The translations under genes and the position numbers were made by a program. Shown here piece after piece: positions 21,875 to 32,524 of a stretch of DNA of 64,000 nucleotides. The stretch comes from Candidatus Hydrogenedentota bacterium (GTDB lineage Bacteria > Hydrogenedentota > Hydrogenedentia > Hydrogenedentales > SLHB01). The stretch spans positions 1 through 64,000 of the forward strand of contig CAXXTH010000018.1 of assembly GCA_963668025.2 (NCBI GenBank). Direction: 5' to 3'. How positions within the stretch are numbered: the first letter of the stretch is position 1; the number at the start of each line of letters is the position of its first letter. The notes below the pieces were generated by a model. It was not told the origin of the DNA, searched no databases, and saw nothing but the letters and a program-made list of their open reading frames with translations.

Positions 21875-23527
21875 TTAATTTCCCAATTTTTCATGCACTC
21901 GGTAGATCCGCAACGGGACGGAGTCAAACTCGAGGCTAAGCCAGCTTGCGGCGCAAGCGGACATACGCTCATATTCTTCCTTTGTTAGCGCCACGAAGGA
22001 GATTTTACGTTTGCGGGCTAATGTGAAAAAACGCTCCGTCTCACCCGTCACGAGCGCCAGCAACAGTTCATCCCGGTCCTGGGCGCATGCCGCATGATTA
22101 ACGAACTGCCCCGTGAACAATGCGGGCGCGGCGGCCACTTTGCGTCCCGCAGGCGCGGAGATGGCCATGCCTGTGCGGTCATTGCATAGAAAAATATCGC
22201 TGGGCGCGGCATGCCGCATGACCCATTCGTACGCGCCTGGATATGCAGCGTGGAGGGCGTATGCGTAGTGCGGGGCGGCGGAAAGGTCATGCCAGCGCGG
22301 ATAATCCCGGAGCCAGAACCCCGCCAGAGCCGCCATGGCTAACGTAAAAACGATTCGGTTTACGCCGTTATTTCCAAAGCGGTATTGCGAGTTGCCCGCC
22401 GCAACGCTTCTTATTTTACGAAACAAATACGCCATTCCGCAGCCGAAACACAAGGCGGAAGCGCCAGTGAAATACAAATAATAGTGGTAGCTGGGCACGA
22501 ATGATGGCCAATGCATGCCTCGTTGGGCGGCGTATTGGCTGGCATAGGAATATAGCAGGAATGCGCCCGCGCAACCCATCCAGGACAACAGGATGCGCCG
22601 GGCCGGGGCCCGGGTGCGCATGCATGCAATGGCCCAAACGCCAGCCATCGCGCCTACGCCGGTGATGCTCCACGCGCGCGCCAGCAGCATGGGCGCTTTA
22701 TCGAGGGATAACGGTTCATAGACCCATTGCGATGGTGCGCTGTTCAAGGTATGGAATCCATACCGCGCTAGGAGGATGTAGAGGAGCGGCGAAGCGGCCA
22801 AGGCCGCCATGGCTGCGGCTAGGGCCAGCCGCCCGCATTCGCCCGCCAGCCATGCATGCCGCGCCTGACGTTGGATAGAAGCATATAACCAAACAGTAGT
22901 GCATGCCGTAATAGGGACAAGCAGGAGCACTGGGGCGGGATGGGCTAGAAAGGCGAGGCCGCCGCACAGGCCGAAGACCGCATGCCAGCGCCAGCGCCGC
23001 GTCTGTAGCCCTCGCAGATAGGCCAGCAGCGCGCCGTAGAATAAACTCTGCGCCAGCAGGGGGGCGAATAGCCAAGGTGAATAGGTGGCGCGCACCCATC
23101 CGTAATCACCGTGCGGCATGTTAAAGAAAAATGCGATGACGGCGGCCATGGCGCACCATCGGCCAAAGAGGGCTTTCGCGAGCAGAAAAAACAGCAGGGG
23201 AGCGAGCAGATTCAGAAAAGGACCGAGCAGCACATCCGCCTTTGGGGCCGGGATATGCCCCAGCCAGGCAGTCGCCGCGATGCACGCGCCCGTGAGCGGC
23301 GGATAAGTGAGATATTCGCCCGCATACAGATAATCGCGGGGAAATTCGCCATCCAGTATGCTTTGGGCGATGCCCACGTCGCGATACTGGTCCAGATCAT
23401 AAGGCCAATCCGTGTGGCGCACGGCGCGCAGCCCGTGGAATAGCGCCACGGCGCACGCCACGGCTAGAATTAGCCAAGGTGTATGCTCGAACAGGCGGGC
23501 CGCGCGTTGTTTTTTCTTCGCCAGCAT
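21875..23527 (-). CDS. Polytopic membrane protein, probable GT-C glycosyltransferase (ArnT/PMT-like)
   Basis: Many TM helices; early acidic loop WPYDLDQYRD and YPPL; TAATG coupling to the upstream gene gives start 23527. Confidence 0.55.
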   Translation of the reverse strand: MLAKKKQRAARLFEHTPWLILAVACAVALFHGLRAVRHTDWPYDLDQYRDVGIAQSILDGEFPRDYLYAGEYLTYPPLTGACIAATAWLGHIPAPKADVLLGPFLNLLAPLLFFLLAKALFGRWCAMAAVIAFFFNMPHGDYGWVRATYSPWLFAPLLAQSLFYGALLAYLRGLQTRRWRWHAVFGLCGGLAFLAHPAPVLLLVPITACTTVWLYASIQRQARHAWLAGECGRLALAAAMAALAASPLLYILLARYGFHTLNSAPSQWVYEPLSLDKAPMLLARAWSITGVGAMAGVWAIACMRTRAPARRILLSWMGCAGAFLLYSYASQYAAQRGMHWPSFVPSYHYYLYFTGASALCFGCGMAYLFRKIRSVAAGNSQYRFGNNGVNRIVFTLAMAALAGFWLRDYPRWHDLSAAPHYAYALHAAYPGAYEWVMRHAAPSDIFLCNDRTGMAISAPAGRKVAAAPALFTGQFVNHAACAQDRDELLLALVTGETERFFTLARKRKISFVALTKEEYERMSACAASWLSLEFDSVPLRIYRVHEKLGN

Positions 23528-25569
23528 TATGGGCTGCCATGCGCGCGCCGGGCGCGCGTGGAAAATTCCATCAACAAGACGCCTGCCGCGAAGACCGCGA
23601 GCGCGGCGCACAAGAGCCACGGCGGCAAGCTGTGGCGTTCTTGCAGCGGTTGTATAATGTATTGGTTAATAGCGGCGTTATCCTTGCCCAATGTTTCTAT
23701 CAGCAGGGCGCTGGCGTTGATCATGAAATGGCAGAGCATGCTGGTGAAAATGGAGCCGGAACGCCAAACGAGATACGTGAGCAGCATGCCGCTCAAGGCC
23801 GTGGCGGGGATGCGGTACATGTAGAGGTGGATGAGGCCGAAGAGCAGGCCGATGATGAGCATGCCCGCCCACATGGGGAGCCGCTGCCGGAATCCTGATA
23901 GTAGTGCGCCCCGGAACAGCATTTCCTCGCATATGGCGGGTGAAAGCGCGATCACGAAAAGCAGGCCGGGCAACCCCACACGCTGCTGCACAGCCTGCAG
24001 GAGTTCGCCCATTTTCTCTTCCAGTTCCGGCGGAGAGGGCAGCGCTTGTTGCTGCCATGCGCCGATCTGCAACAGCAAGATAGCCCAGCTTGCGGCGAGC
24101 AGGAACGCCGCGCCTAGCGGAAGCCATCCGGGCGGGCGGAGATTGAATGTGCTGCGCAGTTCGATGCGCGTGTACCAGCAGAGCGCCACCGGCGCGCCCA
24201 GCATGATGCCCCACTGGGTGGCCAGGATGCCCGCCATGGGCCAGCGCGCCTGCAGAAAAGAGCCGATATGGAATAGGAGCAGCAGCGCTGTAAGGTATAG
24301 AAACACGGCGAAGCCCGCCGTGGGCGCTGGCCGTGGCGTGAAGAAAGCACGGTTACAGGAGAGAGACATGCCGCGTTCGCCAGCCAGCACGATTTCCTCC
24401 CGCTGAAACACGCCTGCGGCGAGCACCAGCGCTAAGACCGCGTACGCACTGGTGCTGATTATGACCATGAATCCGCTGTCCAATCCCGCCTCGCCCATCA
24501 GCAGTCCCTTGATGAATAGGGCGACGTTGGCAATGGGAATGAGCTGGGTGGCGGGCGTCAGCTTGATGGTGGGCATCGCGCCTAGAAAACTGGGCAAGAC
24601 TAAAAAAATGAAGATAGGCGCAAGGTAGTTCTGGGCTTCGCGGAAACTGCGAGCGAAGGACGCTACACCCATCATGGCCGCGGAAATGAACAGCGCAAGC
24701 GGCATGATGGTAATGAATATGAGCAGGAGCGTGAAGGGAGCGATATGGAGCTGCACCGCATTCAATGCTTCCGGCGGAAGCTGGCTGAGCTGAATCCAAA
24801 CCGTGAGCGCCATGCTCCCGAGATTCAGCAGCCCCGTGGTTATGGCCAAGGTAAAGACCGTGAGAAACTTGCCCGTGACAATTTCGAGCTTGCCGGCGGG
24901 AGTCGATAATAACGTCTCGAGGGTGCCGCGTTCTTTTTCGCCAGCGGTCAGATCCACGGCGGGGTAGAATGCGCCAAGGCCGATCATGAGAATAAGCAGC
25001 GAGGGCACGATGACGCCCAGTATCGAGCCAGCCACTTTTGTCGGCGGAGCGGTGTTGGTTTGTTTCACTTCGATGGGCGTTGCATACGCTTCATTCAGCC
25101 CTGCCTGCGCCAGCCGCGTTTTCAACACGTCTTCGGCAGCTTTCCGCAATCCCTTTTCGAGCCGATCCGCCGCCGTCTTGGAACGCGGCTCGATGGTATC
25201 GAAATCCAATTGAATCTGTACGGTTCCGCCCGAATCGAGCACCTGGCGCGCACCTAATTCAACGCGGACCACCGCATCCAGGCGGTGTGCTGTGAGATCG
25301 GCTGCGGGATCATCGGAAGGTTCGATGCGCACTCGCTCAATCGCGCTGACCCACGACAGAAGCAGGCCGGAGTCATCACCCACTATGGCGACTTTGGATG
25401 TCTCCTGCTGCAACTGATTCATTTGCTTAATGAGGGCTTGGCTCGTGATGAGAAATAGGATGGGATACAACAAGAGTGGCACGCCGATCATGGCCATCAG
25501 CGTGCGTTTATCGCGTAATGTGTCGGTGAGTTCCTTGCGGAAGATGGTCATAACGATGCGGGCGTTCAT
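23527..25569 (-). CDS. NatB-like ABC permease fused to CPBP (Abi/CAAX) intramembrane protease
   Basis: KELTDTLRDKRT, AGEKERGTLETLL; C-terminal PAICEEMLFRG..FGLIH..HFMIN. Confidence 0.85.
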   Translation of the reverse strand: MNARIVMTIFRKELTDTLRDKRTLMAMIGVPLLLYPILFLITSQALIKQMNQLQQETSKVAIVGDDSGLLLSWVSAIERVRIEPSDDPAADLTAHRLDAVVRVELGARQVLDSGGTVQIQLDFDTIEPRSKTAADRLEKGLRKAAEDVLKTRLAQAGLNEAYATPIEVKQTNTAPPTKVAGSILGVIVPSLLILMIGLGAFYPAVDLTAGEKERGTLETLLSTPAGKLEIVTGKFLTVFTLAITTGLLNLGSMALTVWIQLSQLPPEALNAVQLHIAPFTLLLIFITIMPLALFISAAMMGVASFARSFREAQNYLAPIFIFLVLPSFLGAMPTIKLTPATQLIPIANVALFIKGLLMGEAGLDSGFMVIISTSAYAVLALVLAAGVFQREEIVLAGERGMSLSCNRAFFTPRPAPTAGFAVFLYLTALLLLFHIGSFLQARWPMAGILATQWGIMLGAPVALCWYTRIELRSTFNLRPPGWLPLGAAFLLAASWAILLLQIGAWQQQALPSPPELEEKMGELLQAVQQRVGLPGLLFVIALSPAICEEMLFRGALLSGFRQRLPMWAGMLIIGLLFGLIHLYMYRIPATALSGMLLTYLVWRSGSIFTSMLCHFMINASALLIETLGKDNAAINQYIIQPLQERHSLPPWLLCAALAVFAAGVLLMEFSTRARRAHGSP

Positions 25570-26318
25570 TCCAAAAGGCCTCCATCGCTATCGGCCACGA
25601 GCCGCAAAAAGGCGTCTTGCAGATTACGCGCGTCCGTGCGCGCGTAGAGTTCTTCTTTAGAACCTTCCGCGAGCAGCAGGCCTTTGTGGATGAGTCCAAT
25701 CCGGTCGCATAACTGCTCCGCTTCCGTCATGTAATGGGTCGAGAACAAGACCGTCCGCCCGCGAGTCCGCGATTCTGATATGAAATCTAATATGGCGCGG
25801 CTCGTCATGATATCCAGGCCCAGTGTCGGCTCGTCCAGGATGAGCACGGGCGGATCATGCACCAGCACCCGTGCGATGTTGGTTTTTTGCGATTGCCCCG
25901 TCGATAGCCCTTCACAGCGGCGTCCGAGAATATCCGCCATGCCAAGGGCCGAGGCCAATTCCTCCGTGCGGGTGGCGATGGAGGCATCATCCATACCATA
26001 GAGGCGGCCAAAATAGCGCAAGATCTCGGCGGGCGACAAGCGGCCGTACAGCCGCGTGTTGCCCGATAAAAAGCCAATGCGCCGCCGCGCCTCCTGGGGA
26101 TTTTTTACGGTGTCCGCGCCGGCGACAATGCAGCGGCCTGAAGTTGGAGAGAGGATGGTGGCCAGCATGCGCAACAACGTGGTTTTCCCCGCGCCATTAG
26201 GCCCCAGCAAGCCATAAATGGTTCCCGGCGGCACGGTGAACGACACCTCCCGCACGGCATCCAGCGTCCGGCCGCGAGGCAGTTGATAGGTTTTGCTTAC
26301 CGATTCTGCTTCAATCAT
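25566..26318 (-). CDS. NatA-like ABC transporter ATPase
   Basis: GPNGAGKTT, LSTGQ, ILDEPT, STH. Confidence 0.9.
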   Translation of the reverse strand: MIEAESVSKTYQLPRGRTLDAVREVSFTVPPGTIYGLLGPNGAGKTTLLRMLATILSPTSGRCIVAGADTVKNPQEARRRIGFLSGNTRLYGRLSPAEILRYFGRLYGMDDASIATRTEELASALGMADILGRRCEGLSTGQSQKTNIARVLVHDPPVLILDEPTLGLDIMTSRAILDFISESRTRGRTVLFSTHYMTEAEQLCDRIGLIHKGLLLAEGSKEELYARTDARNLQDAFLRLVADSDGGLLE

Positions 26319-26453
26319 CTTGGAAAGGCTTTCTCCTGGCGCGGCTGTACGTTCGCACAGGCGGCGCCATTGGGTCAAGCGCTTGTGTCCACCCGGTAAA
26401 AAAGCCTACAATGCCGCTTTGTTTAGCCATGCGGAAATAGGAGTGAAGAACAC

Positions 26454-26897
26454 ATGCGAATTGCCGTAGGAAGCGATCACGCTGGTTATGAAGAGCCAGC
26501 GCCATATTATAAACCCGCCATTATGGAGCATTTGAAAAAACGCGGTCATGAAGTGGTGGATTGTGGAACCAATGGCCCCGATTCCGTGGATTATCCGGAT
26601 TTCGCCGTGGCGGCCAGCCAGGCGATCCTGGATGGAAAAGCTGAGCGCGGCGTGCTTTTGTGTGGAACCGGCATTGGCATATCCATTGCCGCTAATCGTT
26701 TTCATGGCATTCGGGCGGCGGTTTGCGCCACGCCTGAAATGGCGCAGCTTTCGCGCGAGCATAATGACGCCAATGTGATCTGTTTGGGCCGGCGCATTTT
26801 ATCGTTGGATGAATGCCTGCATCTCATTGATATATGGCTTGATACGCCTTTCAGTGCAGGTGAGCGGCATATGCGCCGCGTGGCGAAAATGGGTTAA
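26454..26897 (+). CDS. rpiB: Ribose-5-phosphate isomerase B
   Basis: GSDHAG, SVDYPD, CGTGIG, ANR, REHNDAN, RH.RRV. Confidence 0.95.
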   Translation: MRIAVGSDHAGYEEPAPYYKPAIMEHLKKRGHEVVDCGTNGPDSVDYPDFAVAASQAILDGKAERGVLLCGTGIGISIAANRFHGIRAAVCATPEMAQLSREHNDANVICLGRRILSLDECLHLIDIWLDTPFSAGERHMRRVAKMG

Positions 26898-26906
26898 GGG
26901 AGCATC

Positions 26907-28292
26907 ATGAGCCAACTAACGCCAAAACAAATCGTCGCGGAGCTGGATAAGTACATTATCGGCCAGAACGAAGCCAAGCGGAAAGTCGCCATCGCCTTGC
27001 GCAACCGCTGGCGCCGCCAGCAGCTTCCGGATGATCTCCGTGATGAAGTGGCCCCGAAGAATATCATCATGATCGGACCCACGGGCGTCGGCAAAACCGA
27101 GATCGCCCGAAGGCTGTCGAAGCTGGCGGATGCGCCTTTCGTGAAAGTCGAGGCCTCCAAGTTCACTGAGGTCGGGTATGTCGGACGCGACTGCGAATCC
27201 ATGATTCGTGAGCTAATGGATGTAGCCATCCATCTCGTACGGATGGAAATGGAAAAAGGCCTCGAAGGCAAAGCGTCGGAGCTGGCCGAGAAGCGCCTGC
27301 TGGATTTATTGCTGCCGCCGCAGCCGCATCCCGCAAGGCCCTTCCGTCCCAACGACCCCGAGGCGGGGGATGAAGGGCCGCCAATTGAGCCGGGCGTGGA
27401 AGCGGAAGCCCATACGCGCGAGATTCTCCTGCGCAAGCTGCGCGAGGGCGCCCTGGAAGATCGTGAGGTGGAATTCGACATCAAGGAATCGGGCAACACC
27501 TCGGTCATGCAGGTTTTCAGCAACACGGGCCTTGAGGAAATGGGCATCAATTTGCAGGAGATGTTCGGCAAGCTCGCTCCGCCGAAAACAAAGCGCCGCA
27601 AGCTGAAGGTTTCCGAAGCGCGAAAAATACTCGAGGACGAGCAACTGCAAAATCTGGTTGATATGGACACCGTCGTCCGCGAGGCCGTTCGCCGGACGGA
27701 AGAGTCGGGTATCGTATTTCTAGATGAAATAGACAAGATCGCCGGGCGCGGCCGCAACACCCAAGGGCCGGACGTGTCGCGCGAGGGCGTCCAGCGGGAT
27801 ATATTGCCGATTGTGGAAGGCTCGAATGTGACGACCAAATATGGAACCGTCCGCACCGACCACATTTTGTTTATTGCGGCGGGCGCTTTCCATATGTCGA
27901 AAGTCAGTGATTTAATCCCCGAGCTGCAAGGGCGTTTCCCGATCCGGGTCGAGCTGAGCAGCCTCGAGGCCAACGACTTCGCGCGGATTTTACGGGAGCC
28001 ACAGAATTCGCTTATCCGCCAATACCAGGCGCTCTTGGCCACGGAAGGCATCACGCTCACGTTCTCCGATGATTCGGTGGATGCCTTGGCGCGAATTTGC
28101 CAGCGCGTGAATGAAGAGGCGGAAAACATCGGAGCGCGCCGTTTGCACACCATTATGGAATGCCTGCTCGAAGAGCTGTCCTTCCATGCGCCGGATACGG
28201 AAGAACGAACGGTCCATATTGATGCGGCGGAAGTGGAGAAGCGGCTGGCCGGGATCGTCGAGAAACGCGATCTGAGCCAGTATATTCTATAG
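26907..28292 (+). CDS. hslU: ATP-dependent protease ATPase subunit HslU
   Basis: [36 protein letters not shown]-terminal DLSQYIL. Confidence 0.97.
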   Translation: MSQLTPKQIVAELDKYIIGQNEAKRKVAIALRNRWRRQQLPDDLRDEVAPKNIIMIGPTGVGKTEIARRLSKLADAPFVKVEASKFTEVGYVGRDCESMIRELMDVAIHLVRMEMEKGLEGKASELAEKRLLDLLLPPQPHPARPFRPNDPEAGDEGPPIEPGVEAEAHTREILLRKLREGALEDREVEFDIKESGNTSVMQVFSNTGLEEMGINLQEMFGKLAPPKTKRRKLKVSEARKILEDEQLQNLVDMDTVVREAVRRTEESGIVFLDEIDKIAGRGRNTQGPDVSREGVQRDILPIVEGSNVTTKYGTVRTDHILFIAAGAFHMSKVSDLIPELQGRFPIRVELSSLEANDFARILREPQNSLIRQYQALLATEGITLTFSDDSVDALARICQRVNEEAENIGARRLHTIMECLLEELSFHAPDTEERTVHIDAAEVEKRLAGIVEKRDLSQYIL

Positions 28293-28312
28293 GCTGTAAA
28301 CGGACAGTAAGA

Positions 28313-29554
28313 TTAGCGTCCCAATAAGAGCGCCACGGTGTTGGTTTTCCAAAGCGCTACGGCGAGGTCTTCTTTGCCGTCGCCATTTAAATCGGCTGCG
28401 CAGAGCGCCCGCGGCTGGGCGTCCTCGTAGGTGTAGCGTTCTGTCCGAAAGGTTTGTGGCTGCCCCTGCACCGAGGATTGATTGGCAAGCACCACCACCT
28501 GGCCGGATGCGGCGCATGCGGCGGCGATATCCGTTTTCCCGTCGCCGTTCAGATCCGATACCTCAATATCCCGGATTCCTTGTTCAAGCCGGGAACGAGC
28601 CGCGCCCAGCTCGATTTCCTGGCTGATGGCAAAACGCCCTTTTCCATCGCCATAAAAAATAATAATGGAATCGTCTGTATGGCAATGAGACACCACGATG
28701 TCCAGATTTCCATCTCCATCCACATCCGAAACGCGAATCTTTTCAGGAAGGCGGCCACGGCTCGAGAAGCGGGCCGACTCCATGAATTCGCCCGTTTCTC
28801 CTTGTTTCCATATGGCGATCTCACCGCTGCAATACATGGCTACGGCCAATTCATAATGATTATCGCCGTCTAAATCCGCCGCTTGGATATCAAGAGGCCC
28901 GCCTGGGGCGGGGATGAACACGGGTTCGCCCAGAACCGTCTCGGCATTTCCCAAAAACAAGATTAATACATCACTGGACCATCCTGTGGCGATGGCGTCA
29001 CGCAAGGTGTCCCCGTTCACATCAGCAATGGCCAGCGACGTGATGCCGGGGGCAGTAAAAACGGGTTTGCCGTCAATATCGCGATGGCGCACATAACTGA
29101 GCGGTTTATCTTGCAGCCCGAATTGTTTTTCATTATATAGGCCGCCGCCCATGTTCAAAAACAGCGTGATGTTGCGGTTGCGCGAGGCATGGAAACTGCC
29201 CACTATGATATCGGGCGCTTTCAGTGTATCCATATTGGCCGCCACCAGGCACCATGGCGCGAAATCCGTTTTGAGCCGCGGCTTGCTTTCATACGCCAGA
29301 TTCCCCTTGGCCTCCAGGTACGATAATTCGTCATTTGCAGGGCGTTCATCGCCGGGATCCGTCATCTGGCCTCGATCAGCCGTGATGATCTCGGGCAAGT
29401 TGTCGCCATTCATATCACGCGCCACGATGGCGCATGGATTTGGCCCTACAGAAAACTGTTTCGTATGCTTGACGAAAATTTCCGCCTCAGCGACGCCTGA
29501 TAGCATAAAACATGAAAGAACAACGCTTGCCCAAAACAGATGTATGCGTTTCAT
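28313..29554 (-). CDS. Secreted FG-GAP/VCBS repeat beta-propeller protein
   Basis: Repeated D(L/V/M)(N/D)GDG..D motifs; signal peptide from 29554, coupled to the pdxA stop. Confidence 0.85.
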   Translation of the reverse strand: MKRIHLFWASVVLSCFMLSGVAEAEIFVKHTKQFSVGPNPCAIVARDMNGDNLPEIITADRGQMTDPGDERPANDELSYLEAKGNLAYESKPRLKTDFAPWCLVAANMDTLKAPDIIVGSFHASRNRNITLFLNMGGGLYNEKQFGLQDKPLSYVRHRDIDGKPVFTAPGITSLAIADVNGDTLRDAIATGWSSDVLILFLGNAETVLGEPVFIPAPGGPLDIQAADLDGDNHYELAVAMYCSGEIAIWKQGETGEFMESARFSSRGRLPEKIRVSDVDGDGNLDIVVSHCHTDDSIIIFYGDGKGRFAISQEIELGAARSRLEQGIRDIEVSDLNGDGKTDIAAACAASGQVVVLANQSSVQGQPQTFRTERYTYEDAQPRALCAADLNGDGKEDLAVALWKTNTVALLLGR

Positions 29555-30549
29555 AAAGATTCCTGTATCGCGGTTCCAGCGAAGCGCGCGGCCATGCGAA
29601 TGGCGCTGCATAAGCTCATTTCGTTTGCTTTTCCCGTACCTGCGAGATCATACGCCGTGCCATGGTCCACGGAGGTGCGGATGACAGGCAGCCCTAATGT
29701 CACACTTGCTCCTTCATCCATTTCAACAAGCTTGAATGGGATGTGGCCTTGGTCATGATACATCGCCACCACCAAGTCGAATTCGCCCAACAGCATTCTA
29801 CGGAAAATAGTATCGGGTGAATATGGCCCATGGCAATCGATGCCTTCCGCTTGGCAGCATTCGACGGCGGGGGCGATCTCTTCGGCTTCTTCATGGCCTA
29901 AAAGGCCGTATTCCCCCGCATGGGGATTCAGCCCAGCCACCGCAATGCGCTGGCGCGCAAGACCCAATTGATGCAGGGAGGCGCGCCCCGCGCGGATAGC
30001 CTTGATGATCAGGTCCTTTTGCACAAAAGCAAGCGCGTTGGCCATCGAGTGATGGGTCGAGATGTGTACAATGCGCATGCGTTCCGAGAATAGGCTCATC
30101 CATATCTCGCAAACGCCGAACATCTCTTTTAAGACCTCCGTATGCCCAGTATATGGATATCCTGCTAGTTGAATGCCTTTTTTGCTCAGAGGGCATGTCA
30201 CGATGCCCGCCACCTGCCCATCCAGAGCCGCGTGAATGGCTAGTTTCAACCATTCGACCGCGCATTGGCCCGCATCGGCCCGCACGACGCCCGGTTCATG
30301 TTTTGGCGGCATCCTATCGCCTTCCAGCACGGCTACTTCGCCCGATTGGACTACTTCCGATACAGAAGCTACGGTGCGTGGCTGTGGGCAGTTTGGAACG
30401 TTCCGGCGCGCCCAATTGAGAAGAGCGGCGCTGCCGAATACGACCGGCCTGCACGCTTCCCATACGGTGGAATGAGATAATGCTTTAGCCAATATTTCTG
30501 GGCCAACGCCATTTGCATCGCCCATGGTGATGGCCAGCCTAGGTTTCAT
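29551..30549 (-). CDS. pdxA: 4-hydroxythreonine-4-phosphate dehydrogenase (PdxA family)
   Basis: ITMGD.NGVGPE, GHTE, LNPHAGE, MYHDQG, RTSVDHGTAYD. Confidence 0.93.
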   Translation of the reverse strand: MKPRLAITMGDANGVGPEILAKALSHSTVWEACRPVVFGSAALLNWARRNVPNCPQPRTVASVSEVVQSGEVAVLEGDRMPPKHEPGVVRADAGQCAVEWLKLAIHAALDGQVAGIVTCPLSKKGIQLAGYPYTGHTEVLKEMFGVCEIWMSLFSERMRIVHISTHHSMANALAFVQKDLIIKAIRAGRASLHQLGLARQRIAVAGLNPHAGEYGLLGHEEAEEIAPAVECCQAEGIDCHGPYSPDTIFRRMLLGEFDLVVAMYHDQGHIPFKLVEMDEGASVTLGLPVIRTSVDHGTAYDLAGTGKANEMSLCSAIRMAARFAGTAIQESL

Positions 30550-30845
30550 TGCTGCGGTTTCCTTTGTGTTGTTGATATGCCATGGAAAGGCTGTAGCATA
30601 CGCGGCGCTCCATTCCAGTGCAACACGAAGGATTTTTGAGAAGCTAAATACTGAAGGGCCATATGTTTATGGGTATTCATGTTCTGGAAGCCCGTTCACG
30701 ATATGAGAAATGTCGCGTGTACATGCATTGAAAAAAAGAGCATCGTGGATGTACAGTTGGGAAAAAGCGAGGAAATGGTATAGTATAGATAGGATGTGCA
30801 GCAAGTCCTGGGTTGCGCCATGAGATAAAGGAGACGAAGGAAGAT

Positions 30846-31085
30846 ATGAACACGAAGCGGATCATCGCGGCGCTTGCGTTGTGTGCGTTTTTATGCGCCC
30901 TCTTGCTGGTGTTTACCCAGCCATGCAACGCCGCTGGCGGCGGCGCCAAAGATATGATGGAGAAAGAGGGTATTGAAGGCGTCATGCAGAAATCTTTGGA
31001 TAAAGATCGCCTGCCTAACAAATTCAAAATCACACTTGGGATCGTTATGTTTCCAGTCATGTTCGCCGTGGTCAAGTGGCTATAG
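30846..31085 (+). CDS. Small membrane protein, hypothetical
   Basis: RBS-like GAAGGAAG; signal-like N-terminus and C-terminal TM helix. Confidence 0.6.
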   Translation: MNTKRIIAALALCAFLCALLLVFTQPCNAAGGGAKDMMEKEGIEGVMQKSLDKDRLPNKFKITLGIVMFPVMFAVVKWL

Positions 31086-31159
31086 CGGGGAGCCAAGCCT
31101 AGGCGGAGCATGATGCAGGCCGCTATGCTATTTTGGCAAGGGCGCTCGTCCGAGGGGGA

Positions 31160-32524
31160 ATGAGGGTGGAAGAACGAATCTTAGTGCTCGATGATGAAGA
31201 GAACATCACCGAGCTGCTCGCAAGCTATTTGCGGGGCCGTGAGTATGACTGTGATTCCACTACTTCGCCTTTTGAAGCCTTGGAGATGCTTAAAGGGTGC
31301 AAGTACGCCTTGCTGCTGACAGACCTCAAAATGCCCAAGATGAATGGGATTGATGTGTTGCGCCATGCAAAAGAACACGATCCTGATCTCGCGGTCGTGG
31401 TGGTTACGGCGCTCATGGAAGTCACCAACGCGATTCAAGCCATGCGTATGGGGGCGGATGATTATGTGCTGAAGCCCTTTAACTTGAGCGAAATTTCGTT
31501 GTCAGTGTCCCGCGCGCTCGAAAAGCGGCGCATGGCGATTGAAAACCGCGAATATCAAGAACAGCTTTCATCGCGCGTGGAAGCCGCCACTGAGAATCTG
31601 GCCCAGGTGAATCAGGAGCTCAGGCGGACCAAGCAATATCTCGAAAATCTCTTGGATAGTAGCGTGGACGCTATTATCACGATTGATTTGAATGGGCTGT
31701 TGAATTTCGTTAATACCGGCGCGGTGCGTATGTTCGGTTATTCGCAAGATGAACTCATCGGCTTCTCCGCCGTCAAGCTTTTCTCCAATGGCGAGGAAGA
31801 AGTCCGGTATATAGAGACCATTCTGGATCAAGGCCGCTTTTTGCAGAATTACGAGGCCAACCTTATTCGGAACGATGGGCAGGAAATACCGGTCAGCATG
31901 TCCATTTCCCGTGTTAAAGGCACGGAAGGCGAGAATGTGGCCACATTAGCCGTGTGCAAGGATATCACGGAACAACGCAGGCTCCAGCAGGAACTACAGG
32001 AGATGTCCATTAAGGACAGCTTGACCAGCCTGTACAATCAAGGCCATTTTTATGACCGGCTAAAAACCGAGATCGAACGCGCGAAACGCCAGAATCATCC
32101 TCTTTCTCTTCTACTGCTTGATGTAGACCAGTTCAAGAGTTACAACGACTCCCATGGCCACCTTGAGGGGGACAAGGTGTTGAAAACGGTTGGGCAGGTC
32201 ATTCGCAATTGCACTCGTGATCATGTCGATATCGGGTTCCGATATGGCGGCGATGAGTTTACGGTCATCCTTCCCGAGGCGGGTGAAGAACAGGCTACGG
32301 TCATTGCTGAACGTATTCGCAAGGACTTCGAAACGTATCGTTTTGATCATTTGACCGTCAGTATTGGCGTAATGGCCTATCGTGAAATTTACTCGCTACG
32401 CTCATTCATCCAATTCACCGACGCCAAAATGTACGATGCGAAGCGTTCGGGAGGCAACCGGGTGCGCGTATACCGGCCTGGCGAGCATGAAATGAAAGCG
32501 CAGCCTGCTGGGGATGAGGAGTGA
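31160..32524 (+). CDS. REC-PAS-GGDEF diguanylate cyclase
   Basis: ILVLDDE..TDLKMP..KPF receiver; PAS; DSLT.LYN..RYGGDEF. Confidence 0.93.
   Translation: MRVEERILVLDDEENITELLASYLRGREYDCDSTTSPFEALEMLKGCKYALLLTDLKMPKMNGIDVLRHAKEHDPDLAVVVVTALMEVTNAIQAMRMGADDYVLKPFNLSEISLSVSRALEKRRMAIENREYQEQLSSRVEAATENLAQVNQELRRTKQYLENLLDSSVDAIITIDLNGLLNFVNTGAVRMFGYSQDELIGFSAVKLFSNGEEEVRYIETILDQGRFLQNYEANLIRNDGQEIPVSMSISRVKGTEGENVATLAVCKDITEQRRLQQELQEMSIKDSLTSLYNQGHFYDRLKTEIERAKRQNHPLSLLLLDVDQFKSYNDSHGHLEGDKVLKTVGQVIRNCTRDHVDIGFRYGGDEFTVILPEAGEEQATVIAERIRKDFETYRFDHLTVSIGVMAYREIYSLRSFIQFTDAKMYDAKRSGGNRVRVYRPGEHEMKAQPAGDEE

Noticed and set aside
26894-28153. 419-aa minus-strand ORF
   Set aside because: Antisense shadow of hslU; Ser/Arg-rich with no motifs.
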